Below, in pieces: positions 47,120 through 57,730 of a DNA stretch of 64,000 bases. The DNA is from an uncultured Psychroserpens sp. (GTDB lineage: Bacteria > Bacteroidota > Bacteroidia > Flavobacteriales > Flavobacteriaceae). Within the stretch, counting starts at the first letter, position 1. Each line of letters begins with the position of its first letter. The position numbers and the translations under genes are program-made. The stretch covers positions 271,182 to 335,181 of the forward strand of contig NZ_CANNDQ010000002.1 of the NCBI RefSeq assembly GCF_947503375.1. Direction: 5' to 3'. The notes below the pieces were generated by a model, which was not told where the DNA came from, searched no databases, and worked only from the letters and a program-made list of their open reading frames with translations.

Positions 47120-48343
47120 ATGAAATTGATTAGCAAAACCCTACAATTATTAGTACTATGTATCGTAGTTACTGCAACCTCATGCAAAGAAGAATATCCA
47201 GATTTAGATGATGGCCTTTACGCAGAAATAGTAACTTCAAAAGACACCATGATTGCAAAACTATTCTATGATAAAGTACCAGTTACTGTTGCCAATTTTG
47301 TTGCATTAGCAGAAGGAAATCATCCTATGATGAGTGAGGAGTTTAAAGGCAAACCATTTTTTGATAGCTTAACTTTTCATAGAGTAATGGATAAATTTAT
47401 GATACAAGGTGGTGATCCAACTGGCACTGGAAGTGGAAGCCCAGGTTACAAATTTACTGCTGATTTTCACCCAGATCTAAAACACGATAAAGGCGGAATA
47501 TTATCTATGGCTAATGCTGGTGGGTTTAATACCAACGGAAGCCAGTTCTTCATTACTGAAGTGCCTTACCCAAGCTTAGATGCGTATGACAAAGAAGGTA
47601 ATTTGAAACCATGTGATCAGCCAAGAGTTAGCTGTCATTCGGTATTTGGAGAACTTGTGAAAGGTATAGAAGTGCAAGATTCTATATCTAATGTAAAAGT
47701 CGGACAAGGAAATAAACCTTTGGAAAATGTTTATATTCTAGAAGTAAATATTATTAGAAAAGGTGGTGATGCTAAATCGTTCAATGCGCCTAAAGTTTTT
47801 GAAGCTGAACTTCCAGAAGTTGAAGCTGAAATTGAACAGATTAAAGAAGAAAAACGCTTAAAAGCTGAAGAAGAAAAACGAGTGAGAGAAGAAAAAATTG
47901 CTAATGCTTCCGAGGCAACCAAACCTATATTAGAAGATTACGAATCTAAAAGTAAAACCTTAGCTTCTGGGTTAAAAAAACATATTATTACTGAAGGTAC
48001 TGGACCAAAACCAAAGCAAGGTGCTGAAGCTATGATTGCCTATGAAGGCTATTTTGTAGATGGCCGCTTATTTGACAGTAACCTCCTCGAAGTTGCCGAT
48101 AAGTATGGTATGGTAAATCCACGACGTCAAGCAGCTGGTGCTTATGGTCCAACAAAAATGCCAATCAAACCAGATGCACAAATGATTGCTGGTTTCAAGG
48201 AAGCCATTGCATCTATGCGTGTTGGTGAGAAAGCATTTTTCTATATTCCTTCCCACCTAGCTTATGGTGAAGCAGGAAGACGAGGCATTGCACCGAATAC
48301 AGATCTTACATTTATTCTTGAAATGACAGCTATAGTGCAGTAA
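47120..48343 (+). CDS. dual-family peptidyl-prolyl isomerase (cyclophilin N-domain + FKBP C-domain), lipoprotein
   Basis: Lipobox (VTATSC). Cyclophilin motifs ([23 protein letters not shown]). An E/K-rich linker. FKBP domain ([14 protein letters not shown] ... [10 protein letters not shown]). Confidence 0.88.
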   Translation: MKLISKTLQLLVLCIVVTATSCKEEYPDLDDGLYAEIVTSKDTMIAKLFYDKVPVTVANFVALAEGNHPMMSEEFKGKPFFDSLTFHRVMDKFMIQGGDPTGTGSGSPGYKFTADFHPDLKHDKGGILSMANAGGFNTNGSQFFITEVPYPSLDAYDKEGNLKPCDQPRVSCHSVFGELVKGIEVQDSISNVKVGQGNKPLENVYILEVNIIRKGGDAKSFNAPKVFEAELPEVEAEIEQIKEEKRLKAEEEKRVREEKIANASEATKPILEDYESKSKTLASGLKKHIITEGTGPKPKQGAEAMIAYEGYFVDGRLFDSNLLEVADKYGMVNPRRQAAGAYGPTKMPIKPDAQMIAGFKEAIASMRVGEKAFFYIPSHLAYGEAGRRGIAPNTDLTFILEMTAIVQ

Positions 48344-48361
48344 CTTAGTAAATAAAACCAT

Positions 48362-48393
48362 AAAAAAAGCCTTTCAAATGAAAGGCTTTTTTT
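48362..48393. terminator. bidirectional rho-independent terminator
   Basis: Stem AGCCTTTCA (48368-48376) / TGAAAGGCT (48379-48387), flanked by A7 and T7. Confidence 0.8.
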
Positions 48394-48411
48394 ATAATTT
48401 ACTGTTGGTCA

Positions 48412-49875
48412 TTACTTCTTTGGAATATGCTTCAATATCTCTAACACAAAAGTCCAATATTTTTGAGCAGAAGAAATTTGAGCTCTTTCATCTGGTGAAT
48501 GCGCACCTTTGATATTTGGACCAAAACTAATCATATCCATATCTGGATAGTTGGTACCTAAAATACCACATTCTAAACCTGCATGACATGCAGCAACATG
48601 TGGTTCTTCACTATTATTTAATTCTTTATATAATGGCACCATAACTTTCAATATCTCTGAATTCATATTGGGTTTCCAACCTGGATAATCACCACTAAAT
48701 TCTACTTCACATCCTGTTAATTCAAACGTAGCTCGCAACGTATTTGCCAGATCCCATTTTGAACTCTCTACAGAACTACGAGTAAGACATCCAATTTTTA
48801 TATGACCATCTTTTATTATAACTCTAGCAATATTATTTGATGTTTCTACCAAGTCTTTAATATCAGGACTCATACGATACACGCCATTTATAGCAGCATA
48901 AACAGCTCTGGTAATACCTTCTTGCACGCCCAAATCCATGATTTTCGAAGGTGTATCAATTTTTGAAACCTCAATAATTAAATCTGGCTCCATAGTTTTA
49001 TATTCGGCCTTAATATCATTTGCCATATCATTCATCTCAGAAATAAAAGCAGCTTCGTGGATGGCATCAATGGCAACTATGGCATTACTCTCTCTCGGGA
49101 TAGCATTTCTTAAACTTCCACCATCAACCTCAGAAATACGCAAACCAAAATTCTCAAAACCATCAAATAGCAGTCGATTCATGATTTTGTTAGCATTACC
49201 TAACCCTTCATGAATTTGCATTCCAGAATGACCGCCTTGTAGCCCTTTAACCAATATTTGAAATCCTATTTTAAATTCTGGAGTATCTTCTTGTTCGTAA
49301 GTTCTAGTTGCAGTAACGTCAACACCTCCAGCACAACCTACACCAATTTCGTCATCTTCTTCTGTATCGAGATTTAAAAGAATTTCACCCTCAAGTACAC
49401 CTCCTTTTAATCCCATAGCACCAGTCATTCCTGTTTCTTCATCTATTGTGAATAAAGCTTCTATAGCTGGATGTACAATAGTTGTACTTTCTAATATAGC
49501 CATGATAGTCGCAACACCAAGACCATTATCGGCTCCTAGCGTTGTACCTTTAGCTCTCACCCAGTCACCATCTATATACATTTCGATACCTTGTGTGTCA
49601 AAATCAAAAACGGTATCATTATTTTTTTGGTGCACCATATCAAGATGTGATTGCATAACTATGGTTTTTCTATTTTCCATTCCAGCTGTAGCAGGTTTTT
49701 TAATAATCACATTCCCTACTTCATCTTCGATAGTTTCTAAACCAAGATTAGCTCCAAAATCTTTCATAAACTGAATCACAAGTTCTTCTTTTTTCGAAGG
49801 TCTAGGAACAGCATTTAGATCTGCGAATTTATTCCAAAGTGCTTTCGGCTCTAATTGTCTTATTTCTGAACTCAT
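48412..49875 (-). CDS. pepD: aminoacyl-histidine dipeptidase (M20C, PepD)
   Basis: PepD-type motifs (MQSHLDMVHQKN, GADNGLGVA, FTIDEETGMTGA, GLECG). 487 aa. Confidence 0.88.
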   Translation of the reverse strand: MSSEIRQLEPKALWNKFADLNAVPRPSKKEELVIQFMKDFGANLGLETIEDEVGNVIIKKPATAGMENRKTIVMQSHLDMVHQKNNDTVFDFDTQGIEMYIDGDWVRAKGTTLGADNGLGVATIMAILESTTIVHPAIEALFTIDEETGMTGAMGLKGGVLEGEILLNLDTEEDDEIGVGCAGGVDVTATRTYEQEDTPEFKIGFQILVKGLQGGHSGMQIHEGLGNANKIMNRLLFDGFENFGLRISEVDGGSLRNAIPRESNAIVAIDAIHEAAFISEMNDMANDIKAEYKTMEPDLIIEVSKIDTPSKIMDLGVQEGITRAVYAAINGVYRMSPDIKDLVETSNNIARVIIKDGHIKIGCLTRSSVESSKWDLANTLRATFELTGCEVEFSGDYPGWKPNMNSEILKVMVPLYKELNNSEEPHVAACHAGLECGILGTNYPDMDMISFGPNIKGAHSPDERAQISSAQKYWTFVLEILKHIPKK

Positions 49876-49928
49876 TATTGTTAAATTTTAGTTTCGCAAA
49901 GGTACATTCTTTTTAGTATTTTTGAGTT

Positions 49929-50996
49929 ATGCTAAAACACAAAAAAAGCCTCATAGCATTTTCTATTATTCCACAGATTTTTCTTCTGAAATTACTAGCT
50001 CATTATCCAAATTTTGTTGAAAACATCTACAGTCATGGTATATATATCTGGATATCAAAAGCAATGCGTTATGCGTTTGGCTGGTTACCCTTCTCAATAG
50101 GTGATGTGTTTTACACACTATTAAGTTTATATGTTATACGTTGGCTTATTACAAATAGAAAACGAATCATTAACGATACCAAGCATTGGTTATTAGAGGT
50201 CTTATCTACCATCTCTATTGGTTATTTTGCATTTCATGTCCTTTGGGCATTCAACTATTATCGTTTACCACTACATGAATCATTAGAGATAGATAACGAA
50301 TATACAACGGAAGAATTAGTTACGATCACAAAAGAACTCATTACCAAGGCCAATCAAATTCATTTAAACATAACAAAAAACGACTCTATAAAAGTTGAGA
50401 TGCCATATACGAAGTCTGAACTTCTTAAAATGATTCCTAGTGGTTATAACGAGCTCTCCAAAGAGTTTCCATATTTATCTTATCATCCTAAGAGTATTAA
50501 ACGTTCTATATATAGTATTCCATTAACTTATATGGGATTTTCTGGCTATTTAAACCCATTTACGAATGAAGCGCAGATAGATGGTTTAATACCATCCTAT
50601 AAGTTTCCTACAACTGGTAGCCATGAAGTTGCACATCAATTGGGTTATGCCGCCGAAAACGAAGCCAATTTCATTGGAAGCATGGCAGCCATGCATCATC
50701 CAGACATCTATTTCAATTATTCTGGAAATGCCTTTGCTTTAAGGCATTGCCTAGGCGAAGTCTATAGAAGGGATCATACCACCTACGAAAAACTTATCCA
50801 GACTGTGAATAAAGGAATTTTAAAAAATTATCAAGAAGTAAGAGATTTTTGGGACAGCTATCAAAACCCAACTGAGCCATTATTTAAATCTACTTATAAC
50901 AACTTTTTGAAAGCCAATAATCAAGCTAATGGAATGGAAAGTTATAGCTATGTGGTGGCACTTTTAGTCAATTATTATAAAAGCAATGATTTTTGA
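49929..50996 (+). CDS. membrane-associated putative Zn-metallopeptidase (DUF3810-like)
   Basis: N-terminal TM helices and an HExxH motif (GSHEVAHQLGYAAENEANF). The family name is from memory. Confidence 0.6.
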   Translation: MLKHKKSLIAFSIIPQIFLLKLLAHYPNFVENIYSHGIYIWISKAMRYAFGWLPFSIGDVFYTLLSLYVIRWLITNRKRIINDTKHWLLEVLSTISIGYFAFHVLWAFNYYRLPLHESLEIDNEYTTEELVTITKELITKANQIHLNITKNDSIKVEMPYTKSELLKMIPSGYNELSKEFPYLSYHPKSIKRSIYSIPLTYMGFSGYLNPFTNEAQIDGLIPSYKFPTTGSHEVAHQLGYAAENEANFIGSMAAMHHPDIYFNYSGNAFALRHCLGEVYRRDHTTYEKLIQTVNKGILKNYQEVRDFWDSYQNPTEPLFKSTYNNFLKANNQANGMESYSYVVALLVNYYKSNDF

Positions 50997-51084
50997 AATC
51001 ACAAACGTTAAAAAAGCACGCATTACCCTTTTTCTCTTTCTATAATTTTTATCTTTAAGAACTAATTTTAATCAACTATTACAC

Positions 51085-54066
51085 ATGTTAAAAACACCTT
51101 TGGTTATTTTAATGCTTTTATGGAGTTGCTCTTTATTTGCACAAGAATACTATCCTAAAAATGATGGTGTAAAGACCATTAATTCAAATTACACAGCATT
51201 CACTAATGCAAAAATCTATATCACAGCAGATCAAGTCATAGCTAATGGCACACTTTTAATTAAAGATGGGAAAGTCGTTGCTTCAGGCACTCAGGTAAGT
51301 ATTCCCGACAACAGTACAATTATTGATATTGAAGGCAAGAGCATTTATCCTTCTTTTATTGATATGTATTCAGATTTTGGAGTTGAAAAACCTAAGCGGC
51401 AATCTGGAGCTGGTAGAAGCCCTCAATACAATCCAACACGAACCGGATATTATTGGAATGATCATGTAATGCCAGAAAATAAAGCTATTGAAAAATTCAA
51501 ATTTGATACAAAAAAAGCTAAAGAATATCTTGATGCAGGTTTTGGAGTTGTAAACACACACATTCAAGATGGTATTGTTAGAGGTACTGGTACTTTGGTT
51601 GCTTTAAATACTGATGCAGGTAATGAATCTATTATTCTAGATCAAAACTCAGCACAATATTTTTCATTTAGAAAGAGTGTTACTTCTAGACAATCATATC
51701 CAAGTTCTATTATGGGAAGCATGGCTTTATTACGTCAATTATATATAGACTCAGACTGGTATGCTAAAGGTAATAGTAAGACTAAAGACCTTTCTATTGA
51801 AGCACTTAATACTAATAAAGGTTTAGTTCAAATTTTTGGAGCTGGCAGTAGAGTTAATGCCTTACGCGCAGATAAAGTTGGAGATGAATATGGAATTCAA
51901 TATGTCATTTTAGGAGGTGGCGACGAATACGAACGTATTGATGAAATAAAAGCTACAAATGCTTCTTTTATTATTCCTGTAGATTTTAGAGATGCTTATG
52001 AAGTAGATAATGTGTTTTTAAGTGAATCTTTAGCGCTAAGTGACATGCGAGCCTGGCATCAAGAGCCAACAAATCCAAAAGTATTGGCAGATAACAATAT
52101 AACGTTTGCTTTCACTACTCATGATCTAAAATCACCTAAAGTCTTTAAAGCTAAACTTATCAAAGCTATTGAATATGGACTTTCAAAAGAAAAAGCACTA
52201 GAGGCTTTAACAACTGTTCCTGCTAAACTACTTCAAAAGTCCTCTGAGCTAGGACACTTAAATAAAGGTGCTTACGCAAATTTTTTAATCACTTCTGGAG
52301 ATGTATTTGATAAAAAAACGACCGTATACGAAAACTGGGTTCAAGGTAAACAAACCATATTAAATGATATGAATATTAAGGACATCAGAGGTGATTATGA
52401 ATTTAGTTTAGCAGGTGAAACTTACAAATTAAGTTTAAAAGGTGAGTTAAATAAACTGAAATCAGAAATTACAAGTAATAATAAAAAAAGAGGCTCTAAA
52501 GTAAGCTACATGAACGATTGGCTTTCTATAGCAATGACTACAAAAGATTCTATAAAACAGGAATTTATAAGACTTGTGGCTTACTTATCTAATGGTACGA
52601 ATCTTAATGGTAAAGCTAAGTTTCCAAATGGAAATGAAATGACATTCTTTGCAAAAAAAGTAAATGACAACGCCAATAATGATTCTTCTGAAAAAAATAA
52701 AGAAGATAACACTATTGAGACCACCTTTCCTGTGACCTATCCTAATACTGCTTACGGGTTTAAACAACTTCCAAAACAAGAAACATTATTATTCAAGAGT
52801 GCTACAGTTTGGACAAATGAAGCTGAAGGTATTTTAGAAGAAACAGATGTTCTAATAAAAAATGGTAAAATTTCTAAAATAGGAAAGAATCTATCAGATT
52901 CTAATGCTACAGTAATTGATGCTAAAGGAAAACACTTAACCTCTGGCATCATTGATGAGCATTCACATATTGCTGCAGCTTCGATTAATGAAAGCGGACA
53001 AAACTCTTCAGCTGAAGTAAGCATAGAAGATGTGATTGATAATGAAGATATAGATATTTATAGAAACCTTGCTGGTGGTGTAACATCTATTCAAATTTTA
53101 CATGGATCTGCAAATCCAATTGGCGGACGCTCAGCTATTATCAAACTAAAATGGGGAGAATCTGCAGAAAACTTAATTTTTGATGATAGTCCAAAATTCA
53201 TAAAATTCGCATTAGGCGAAAATGTAAAGCAATCAAATTGGCAAAGTTTTGAGCGCTTTCCTCAAACGAGAATGGGAGTTGAGCAATTATATATAGACTA
53301 TTTTAACAGAGCTAAAACTTATGATGCTTTAAAGAAAAGTGGAAAACCCTATCGGAAGGATATTGAAATGGAAGTCTTAGCTCAAGTTTTAAACAAAGAG
53401 CGATTTATCTCTTGCCATTCTTATGTACAGAGTGAAATCAATATGCTGATGAAGGTAGCTGAGCAATTCAATTTCAAAATCAATACGTTTACGCATATTC
53501 TTGAAGGCTATAAAGTAGCAGATAAAATGGCCGAGCATGGTGTAGGTGGATCAACATTTAGTGATTGGTGGGCTTATAAATATGAAGTTAATGATGCGAT
53601 TCCGTATAATGCTGCAATTATGCATGATGCAGGTGTAGTGGTAGCCATAAATAGTGATGATGGCGAAATGTCTCGTCGTTTAAACCAAGAAGCAGCAAAA
53701 TCTGTTAAATATGGAGGCATTAGCGAAGAAGACGCATGGAAATTCGTAACACTTAATCCCGCAAAACTATTACATATAGATGATCGTGTTGGAAGCATTA
53801 AAGTTGGGAAAGATGCAGATGTTGTTTTATGGTCAGATCATCCTTTATCCATATACGCTAAAGCTGAAAAGACCATTATTGAAGGGGTGACTTATTTTGA
53901 TTTGAAACGTGATGAAATGATGCGTAATGCTATCAAGACAGAAAAAAGCAAACTCATTAATGCGATGATGCAAGCAAAAAATAAAGGACTTAAGACACAA
54001 CCTATAAAGAAAAAGGAAAAAGATCAAATGCATTGCGATTATATTGATCATGAACAACAACATTAA
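51085..54066 (+). CDS. secreted two-module amidohydrolase family protein
   Basis: Signal peptide. The C-terminal module carries the metal-binding HxH (GIIDEHSHIAA) and a late Asp context (VAINSDD). The N-terminal module has the same fold pattern but no HxH (IYPSFIDMYSDFG). Confidence 0.8.
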   Translation: MLKTPLVILMLLWSCSLFAQEYYPKNDGVKTINSNYTAFTNAKIYITADQVIANGTLLIKDGKVVASGTQVSIPDNSTIIDIEGKSIYPSFIDMYSDFGVEKPKRQSGAGRSPQYNPTRTGYYWNDHVMPENKAIEKFKFDTKKAKEYLDAGFGVVNTHIQDGIVRGTGTLVALNTDAGNESIILDQNSAQYFSFRKSVTSRQSYPSSIMGSMALLRQLYIDSDWYAKGNSKTKDLSIEALNTNKGLVQIFGAGSRVNALRADKVGDEYGIQYVILGGGDEYERIDEIKATNASFIIPVDFRDAYEVDNVFLSESLALSDMRAWHQEPTNPKVLADNNITFAFTTHDLKSPKVFKAKLIKAIEYGLSKEKALEALTTVPAKLLQKSSELGHLNKGAYANFLITSGDVFDKKTTVYENWVQGKQTILNDMNIKDIRGDYEFSLAGETYKLSLKGELNKLKSEITSNNKKRGSKVSYMNDWLSIAMTTKDSIKQEFIRLVAYLSNGTNLNGKAKFPNGNEMTFFAKKVNDNANNDSSEKNKEDNTIETTFPVTYPNTAYGFKQLPKQETLLFKSATVWTNEAEGILEETDVLIKNGKISKIGKNLSDSNATVIDAKGKHLTSGIIDEHSHIAAASINESGQNSSAEVSIEDVIDNEDIDIYRNLAGGVTSIQILHGSANPIGGRSAIIKLKWGESAENLIFDDSPKFIKFALGENVKQSNWQSFERFPQTRMGVEQLYIDYFNRAKTYDALKKSGKPYRKDIEMEVLAQVLNKERFISCHSYVQSEINMLMKVAEQFNFKINTFTHILEGYKVADKMAEHGVGGSTFSDWWAYKYEVNDAIPYNAAIMHDAGVVVAINSDDGEMSRRLNQEAAKSVKYGGISEEDAWKFVTLNPAKLLHIDDRVGSIKVGKDADVVLWSDHPLSIYAKAEKTIIEGVTYFDLKRDEMMRNAIKTEKSKLINAMMQAKNKGLKTQPIKKKEKDQMHCDYIDHEQQH

Positions 54067-54076
54067 AACAACAACA

Positions 54077-55387
54077 ATGAAAAGTTTACAAACATATATA
54101 ATACTTCTAGTATTGCTTGCTTTTGGTTATTCAAATGCTCAGCAAACTCCAGCACCAAAGCAAAGTGAAACTATAGCTATTACAGGTGCTAAAGCACATA
54201 TTGGTAACGGCCAAGTTATAGACAATAGTTTAATTATTTTTAAAGATGGTATTCTTACCAACGTTTTAGATGCAACTGTTGCTCGAATAGACCTTAGTGG
54301 CATGACAGTAATTAATGCTAGTGGCAAACACATATATCCTGGTTTTATAATTCCAAATACAACCTTAGGCCTAGTTGAAATTGATGCTGTTCGCGCAACT
54401 GATGACGATGCAGAATTAGGATCATGGAATCCACATATAAGAAGTTTGATTGCCTATAACTCAGAATCAAAGGTAGTAGAATCGATGCGTCCAAATGGTG
54501 TATTGCTCGGGCAAATAACACCACGTGGTGGACATATTTCAGGCTCATCTTCTGTAGTTCAATTTGATGCTTGGAATTGGGAAGATGCAGTAGTAAAAGA
54601 AGATGATGGTATTCATATGAATTGGCCAAACAGTTTTTCAAGAGGTCGTTGGTGGTTAGGCGAAGACCCAGCAATGAAAGCCAATAAAAACTATGAGAAG
54701 CAAATTAAAGAAATTGTTGATTTTTTCAATGAAACCAAAGCTTATGCTAGAGCTTCTAACCCAATAATTAATTTACCTTATAAGGCTACTCAAGGTCTTT
54801 TTGACGGTTCTAAAACACTATATATTCACGTTAATGACGAAAAAGGAATTATTGATGCAGTAAATTTTTCTAAAGAAAATCAAGTGGAACGTATGGTGAT
54901 TGTTGGTGGTTATCACGCTTATAGAGTTGCTAATTTATTAAAACAAAACAATATCCCAGTACTTTTAAAACGTGTACATTCAAGACCAAGTCAAACTGAT
55001 GATGATTACGATTTACCTTTTAAAACAGCTAAATTATTAGTCGATAAAGGTGTTCTTGTAGCTTTAGAAGGTAGCGGACAAATGGAACGTATGAATGCAC
55101 GTAATCTTCCATTTTATGCTGGCACTACTGTAGCATATGGTTTAACAAAAGCGCAGGCATTAGAGTTAATAACATTAAATACAGCAAAAATTTTAGGAAT
55201 TGACACTAACTATGGGTCTTTAGAAGAAGGCAAAAGTGCAACACTATTCATTTCTGAAGGAGATGCTTTAGATATGCGAACCAATATTATCTCACATGCA
55301 TTTATTGACGGAAGACAATTAAGCCTTGAAACCCATCAAACCAAATTATGGAAACGTTATTCTGAAAAATTCAAGAACCAAGATTAG
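54077..55387 (+). CDS. secreted amidohydrolase-like protein lacking the HxH motif
   Basis: The signal peptide begins at the Met at 54077 (MKSLQTYIILLVLLAFGYSNAQ). The ORF-track start at 54044 overlaps the upstream gene. At the HxH position it has IYPGFIIPNTTLG. Confidence 0.75.
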   Translation: MKSLQTYIILLVLLAFGYSNAQQTPAPKQSETIAITGAKAHIGNGQVIDNSLIIFKDGILTNVLDATVARIDLSGMTVINASGKHIYPGFIIPNTTLGLVEIDAVRATDDDAELGSWNPHIRSLIAYNSESKVVESMRPNGVLLGQITPRGGHISGSSSVVQFDAWNWEDAVVKEDDGIHMNWPNSFSRGRWWLGEDPAMKANKNYEKQIKEIVDFFNETKAYARASNPIINLPYKATQGLFDGSKTLYIHVNDEKGIIDAVNFSKENQVERMVIVGGYHAYRVANLLKQNNIPVLLKRVHSRPSQTDDDYDLPFKTAKLLVDKGVLVALEGSGQMERMNARNLPFYAGTTVAYGLTKAQALELITLNTAKILGIDTNYGSLEEGKSATLFISEGDALDMRTNIISHAFIDGRQLSLETHQTKLWKRYSEKFKNQD

Positions 55388-55396
55388 TGTGTATAT

Positions 55397-55427
55397 AAAA
55401 AAGACCTGATTAGATCAGGTCTTTTTT
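55397..55427. terminator. bidirectional rho-independent terminator
   Basis: Stem AGACCTGAT (55402-55410) / ATCAGGTCT (55414-55422), flanked by A and T runs. Confidence 0.8.
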
Positions 55428-55441
55428 ATTCATTTTTAATT

Positions 55442-56248
55442 TTACTCAATTACTTCTGCACCATCTATTTTACTAAATAATTCTGAATCAACTTTAGTTT
55501 TTAGAAGTTCAATATTTGTAAACTCTAAATCGTTGCGTTTAGTCGTTGGAAGGTTATTTTCATAATTATACCATGTTAATGTTTTTGGTAATAATAATCC
55601 ATTTATGGTTTGCCAATCACTATAATTGATAAAATGAAATTCCTTTCCTTTTTCTTTAGTAAAATAGGTTACTGTATAACCTAACCAAACCATTTGGTGT
55701 GTGTTAGCATCGTAGTATAAAATATATTCATCATCAGGTGATTCTCCTACTCCACTTTCATATGAAATTTTAATTCCAGGATAACTTTTTCCTTCAAACT
55801 CTAAAGCTTGAACGTCTTCATAAATTATACCATCATCTGCTAAAATAAAAGGCATCGCATAAAAATAGAACATCAAGTTATAGTAAAACTTAGGATTGCC
55901 TTTATATGTAGTTGTGTCTTTTTTATGTAACCATACTTCAGTACCATCGTAACCTATGGTGTGGTTTGGCATATCGATATGTGAATTTCTATTATACAAA
56001 TCTGTAGTAGTGACCTCATTTCCAGATTCTTTAGCCATAGTAAATTTTAATGTTTGCATTTTTCGCCATGTTTCTAATCCGCCATGTGCTTCAAAAACTT
56101 TGGTGATATGTTCTGGATATACACTTGTTGTAATATTTAACTCTGTTTCAGAATAATCAATTGATTTAACTACTTCTTCGTCCTTAGTGTTCTTGCATGA
56201 AGCAAAAACTGTGAGCATCATTAATAAAAATAGACTTTTGTATTTCAT
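55442..56248 (-). CDS. hypothetical lipoprotein
   Basis: Lipoprotein signal (LTVFASC followed by KNTKDEE). No recognised motif. A terminator hairpin lies downstream at 55397-55427. Confidence 0.55.
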   Translation of the reverse strand: MKYKSLFLLMMLTVFASCKNTKDEEVVKSIDYSETELNITTSVYPEHITKVFEAHGGLETWRKMQTLKFTMAKESGNEVTTTDLYNRNSHIDMPNHTIGYDGTEVWLHKKDTTTYKGNPKFYYNLMFYFYAMPFILADDGIIYEDVQALEFEGKSYPGIKISYESGVGESPDDEYILYYDANTHQMVWLGYTVTYFTKEKGKEFHFINYSDWQTINGLLLPKTLTWYNYENNLPTTKRNDLEFTNIELLKTKVDSELFSKIDGAEVIE

Positions 56249-56300
56249 TTTTTATTTGTTTTAGTTTTTACTTAGACGAAGACTAAATTAATAGTTTACA

Positions 56301-56333
56301 AAAATGCCCCAGACATTTCCGAGGCATTTTTTT
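56301..56333 (-). terminator. terminator after T9SS paralog A
   Basis: Arms AAAATGCC (56301-56308) / GGCATTTT (56323-56330) with a T-run. The loop is rather large (14 nt). Confidence 0.5.
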
Positions 56334-56349
56334 GAATTTTTAATTCTTC

Positions 56350-57730
56350 TTATTCAATAACTAATTTTTTAATACTCTGCTGATGTGGTGTTATTAGTTC
56401 AACAAAATACAATCCACTTTGGAACTGTGAAACATCAATTATAGTCTCCTTATTTTGTAAATTATATATATTGTGAATCAACTTACCTTGAATATCATAA
56501 ATATTTATTACAACTGAATTTGGCAAAACATTATTTAGCTTAACATTTAAAATATCGCTAACTGGATTTGGATAAATCTCAAAACTGCTAGTTTCAAACG
56601 CTTCAACAGAAAGATTATCTTCTACAAATTCTGTCTGAAATGTATTAGTAATTATTGGTGCATTGAAATCAAAAAAAATAGCGGCATTATTTGGTATAAT
56701 ATCGCCAATTGCATATCCTGGTTTAGGCTTTACTTTAAAATAGACATAACCGATACTACCTTCAGCATCATCTTGTTCGGCTGGTAGATTTATATCTTCA
56801 AAAAACCACTCTACGCTACTATTTGTTCTAGTGGATACATAATCATGACTTGATCGTAGCATCACAAAAGTGGTCTCATCTAACTGAACATCTAAAACAT
56901 CTTCAATTCTCACAAATGAAGCTGCAGCTGTTCCAATATTTTGGAATCTAATCGTGTAATATAGGTATTCATCTGAATTGATAAAATTATCATATTGAAC
57001 TGCTCTTCCATGAGATTCCAATTTATCATTAGGATCAAAAGAACCTATTACTTCCTGTGTCAAGGATGAGATGTTATTTTCAGCAACTAGATCGTTAGTT
57101 ATTGTAATGTATTCAGCTGTATTTGTTACTAGATCACCAAGATTTAAATCTATTGAAGCTGTAAAAGAAATTAATGCTGTGAGTGTTTCTCCAGGTGGTA
57201 TATTAACAAAATCGAGGCTAAACCCATTTGCATTCAAAGTGGTTGTGTAATTTGCGTTAGTGCTTATGGAGTTGACAGTCAAATTTGAATCTACAGTAAA
57301 GTCTAAACTACCAGAAGTCGTTATCAGTCCTAAATTTTCAATAACCAAATAATTATTATGAACAAATCCAGGTTGAGGTGATTGATCACTAATTATGTAC
57401 ACTGCTATATCCTCACAAGATTGTTGATCTACTATAGGAAATTCAATATCTACATTCTCTCCAATTATAATACCTACATCTTCAAAAACGGCTGTAGTAA
57501 CATCATAACAATCTTCGTAATCATCATAGAAATAATAATTAATATCATAAGTATCAGTATCTTCAGAACTTGCTAATGTAAAACTACCTGTTGAAGAAGA
57601 AACTGTATTAATTACTGCATCATCATTAAGCTCGTAGGTAAAATATCCATTATTAAAACTTTGTTCTCCAGTATCAAATACGCCATTTTGATTAGTATCA
57701 TAAAACGCCCTTACGTTAATAAGACCAACT
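56350..57730 (-). repeat. about 1.4-kb paralogous 3' coding block shared with 59699-61080
   Basis: The encoded ~460 aa align colinearly with the C-terminus of the neighbouring gene. Examples: GLINVRAFYD / GIINVNAFVD, DPNDKLESHG / DPNDKMEAHG, EYLYYTIRFQNIGTA / EYLYYTIRFQNLGTA, NLPAEQDD in both. Identity is roughly 60-70% by eye. Confidence 0.75.

Noticed and set aside
54044-54076. Upstream extension of the second amidohydrolase-like gene
   Set aside because: It would overlap the preceding gene by 23 nt. The signal peptide begins at the Met at 54077.
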